64,000 bases of DNA, from the NCBI RefSeq assembly GCF_000026545.1, contig NC_011601.1, one strand, 5' to 3'. The notes beneath the pieces are model-generated. The model did no database searches. It worked only from the letters and a program-made list of their open reading frames with translations, and was not told the origin of the DNA. Below, one piece after another: positions 62,234 to 64,000 of the stretch. A program made the translations under genes and the position numbers. Origin of the DNA: Escherichia coli O127:H6 str. E2348/69 (lineage in GTDB: Bacteria > Pseudomonadota > Gammaproteobacteria > Enterobacterales > Enterobacteriaceae). Each line of letters begins with the position of its first letter. The stretch's first letter is position 1.

Positions 62234-63999
62234 TGAAATTGCCAGTCAGAGAATTTGATGCAGTTGTGATTGGTGCTGGCGGCGCAGGTATGCGCGCGGC
62301 GCTGCAAATTTCCCAGAGTGGCCAGACCTGTGCGCTGCTCTCTAAAGTCTTCCCGACCCGTTCCCATACCGTTTCTGCGCAAGGTGGTATTACCGTTGCG
62401 CTGGGTAATACCCATGAAGATAACTGGGAATGGCATATGTACGACACCGTAAAAGGGTCGGACTATATCGGTGACCAGGACGCGATTGAATATATGTGTA
62501 AAACCGGGCCGGAAGCGATTCTGGAACTGGAACATATGGGCCTGCCGTTCTCGCGTCTTGATGATGGTCGTATCTATCAACGTCCGTTTGGCGGCCAGTC
62601 GAAAAACTTCGGCGGCGAGCAGGCGGCACGTACTGCTGCGGCTGCCGACCGTACCGGTCACGCACTGCTGCACACGCTTTATCAGCAGAACCTGAAAAAC
62701 CACACCACTATTTTCTCCGAGTGGTATGCGTTGGATCTGGTGAAAAACCAGGATGGCGCAGTGGTCGGTTGTACCGCACTGTGCATCGAAACTGGTGAAG
62801 TGGTTTACTTTAAAGCTCGCGCGACAGTGCTGGCGACTGGCGGGGCAGGGCGTATTTATCAGTCCACCACCAACGCCCACATTAACACTGGCGACGGTGT
62901 CGGCATGGCTATCCGTGCAGGCGTACCGGTACAGGATATGGAAATGTGGCAGTTCCACCCGACCGGTATTGCCGGTGCGGGCGTACTGGTCACCGAAGGT
63001 TGCCGTGGTGAAGGCGGTTATCTGCTGAACAAACATGGCGAACGCTTTATGGAGCGTTATGCGCCGAACGCCAAAGACCTGGCGGGCCGTGACGTGGTGG
63101 CGCGTTCCATCATGATCGAAATCCGTGAAGGCCGCGGCTGTGATGGTCCGTGGGGGCCACACGCAAAACTGAAACTTGACCATCTGGGGAAAGAAGTTCT
63201 CGAATCCCGTCTGCCGGGTATTCTGGAACTCTCCCGCACCTTCGCTCACGTTGATCCGGTGAAAGAGCCGATTCCGGTAATTCCAACCTGTCACTACATG
63301 ATGGGCGGTATTCCGACCAAAGTGACCGGTCAGGCGCTGACTGTGAATGAGAAAGGCGAAGATGTGGTTGTTCCGGGGCTGTTTGCCGTTGGTGAAATCG
63401 CTTGTGTATCGGTACACGGCGCTAACCGTCTGGGCGGCAACTCGCTGCTGGACCTGGTCGTATTTGGTCGAGCGGCAGGTCTGCATCTGCAAGAATCCAT
63501 CGCCGAGCAGGGCGCACTGCGCGATGCCAGCGAGTCTGATGTAGAAGCGTCTCTGGATCGCCTGAACCGCTGGAACAGTAACCGTAACGGTGAAGATCCG
63601 GTGGCGATCCGTAAAGCACTGCAAGAATGTATGCAGCATAACTTCTCGGTCTTCCGTGAAGGTGATGCGATGGCGAAAGGGCTTGAGCAGTTGAAAGTTA
63701 TCCGCGAGCGTTTGAAAAATGCCCGTCTGGATGACACTTCCAGTGAGTTCAATACCCAGCGCGTTGAGTGCCTGGAACTGGATAACCTGATGGAAACGGC
63801 GTATGCAACGGCTGTTTCTGCCAACTTCCGTACCGAAAGCCGTGGCGCGCATAGCCGCTTCGACTTCCCGGATCGCGATGATGAAAACTGGCTGTGCCAC
63901 TCCCTGTATCTGCCAGAGTCGGAATCCATGACGCGCCGAAGCGTCAACATGGAACCGAAACTGCGCCCGGCATTCCCGCCGAAGATTCGTACTTACTAA
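62233..63999 (+). CDS. sdhA: Succinate dehydrogenase flavoprotein subunit
   Basis: The track ORF is trimmed to the ATG at 62233, which overlaps the sdhD TGA. This gives the 588-aa [25 protein letters not shown] protein. Confidence 0.97.
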   Translation: MKLPVREFDAVVIGAGGAGMRAALQISQSGQTCALLSKVFPTRSHTVSAQGGITVALGNTHEDNWEWHMYDTVKGSDYIGDQDAIEYMCKTGPEAILELEHMGLPFSRLDDGRIYQRPFGGQSKNFGGEQAARTAAAADRTGHALLHTLYQQNLKNHTTIFSEWYALDLVKNQDGAVVGCTALCIETGEVVYFKARATVLATGGAGRIYQSTTNAHINTGDGVGMAIRAGVPVQDMEMWQFHPTGIAGAGVLVTEGCRGEGGYLLNKHGERFMERYAPNAKDLAGRDVVARSIMIEIREGRGCDGPWGPHAKLKLDHLGKEVLESRLPGILELSRTFAHVDPVKEPIPVIPTCHYMMGGIPTKVTGQALTVNEKGEDVVVPGLFAVGEIACVSVHGANRLGGNSLLDLVVFGRAAGLHLQESIAEQGALRDASESDVEASLDRLNRWNSNRNGEDPVAIRKALQECMQHNFSVFREGDAMAKGLEQLKVIRERLKNARLDDTSSEFNTQRVECLELDNLMETAYATAVSANFRTESRGAHSRFDFPDRDDENWLCHSLYLPESESMTRRSVNMEPKLRPAFPPKIRTY

Positions 64000-64000
64000 T

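Noticed and set aside
62203-63900. 565-aa ORF on the minus strand covering almost all of sdhA
   Set aside because: It is antisense to a protein I recognise residue-for-residue as SdhA. Its composition is low-complexity and rich in Arg, Thr and His, which is typical of the reverse frame of a highly expressed gene. It has no motifs and no plausible ribosome-binding site.

Overview
This window is an Escherichia coli-type chromosomal segment. It is colinear with the K-12 map from gltI to sdhA: gltI; lnt-corC-ybeY-ybeZ-miaB; ubiF; the metT-leuW-gln tRNA operon; asnB; nagDCAB and nagE; glnS; chiPQ; fur-uof-fldA; ybfE, ybfF; seqA-pgm; potE-speF-speFL; kdpFABCDE; ybfA; ybgA-phr; dtpD; ybgI-pxpBCA; nei; abrB; gltA; sdhCDA. 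Gene identities rest on my recognition of the translated ORFs. Several ORF-track entries carry false N-terminal extensions, which I trimmed to the start with a Shine-Dalgarno and the expected protein length. The track translates GTG and TTG starts as M.

Compared with my memory of K-12 (to be confirmed by alignment), two segments are extra:
- A 625-aa rhomboid protease fused to a 7-bladed beta-propeller, between gltI and lnt.
- A ~9-kb, 9-gene metabolic island between nagE and glnS.

Three K-12 segments are missing: ybfP-ybfG-ybfI between pgm and potE, the RhsC element between ybfA and ybgA, and the ybgOPQD fimbrial operon, which survives only as a 3' pseudogene stub. The tRNA operon has six genes rather than seven.

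I found no CRISPR array, IS element, integrase, prophage gene or recognisable defence system.

The most interesting object is the nagE-glnS island. It joins a sialic-acid-like front end to a four-carbon acid-sugar back end under a DeoR regulator, with palindromic operators in the divergent promoter.
- Front end: sialidase-like BNR propeller, YhcH/NanQ-like protein, NanA/DapA-family aldolase and an anion permease.
- Back end: Fe-ADH, DUF1537 kinase and PdxA2-type dehydrogenase.

I propose, as inference only, that it catabolises a 7-carbon 3-deoxy-2-ulosaric acid such as DHA from pectin RG-II, via D-threonate, to pyruvate + DHAP + CO2.
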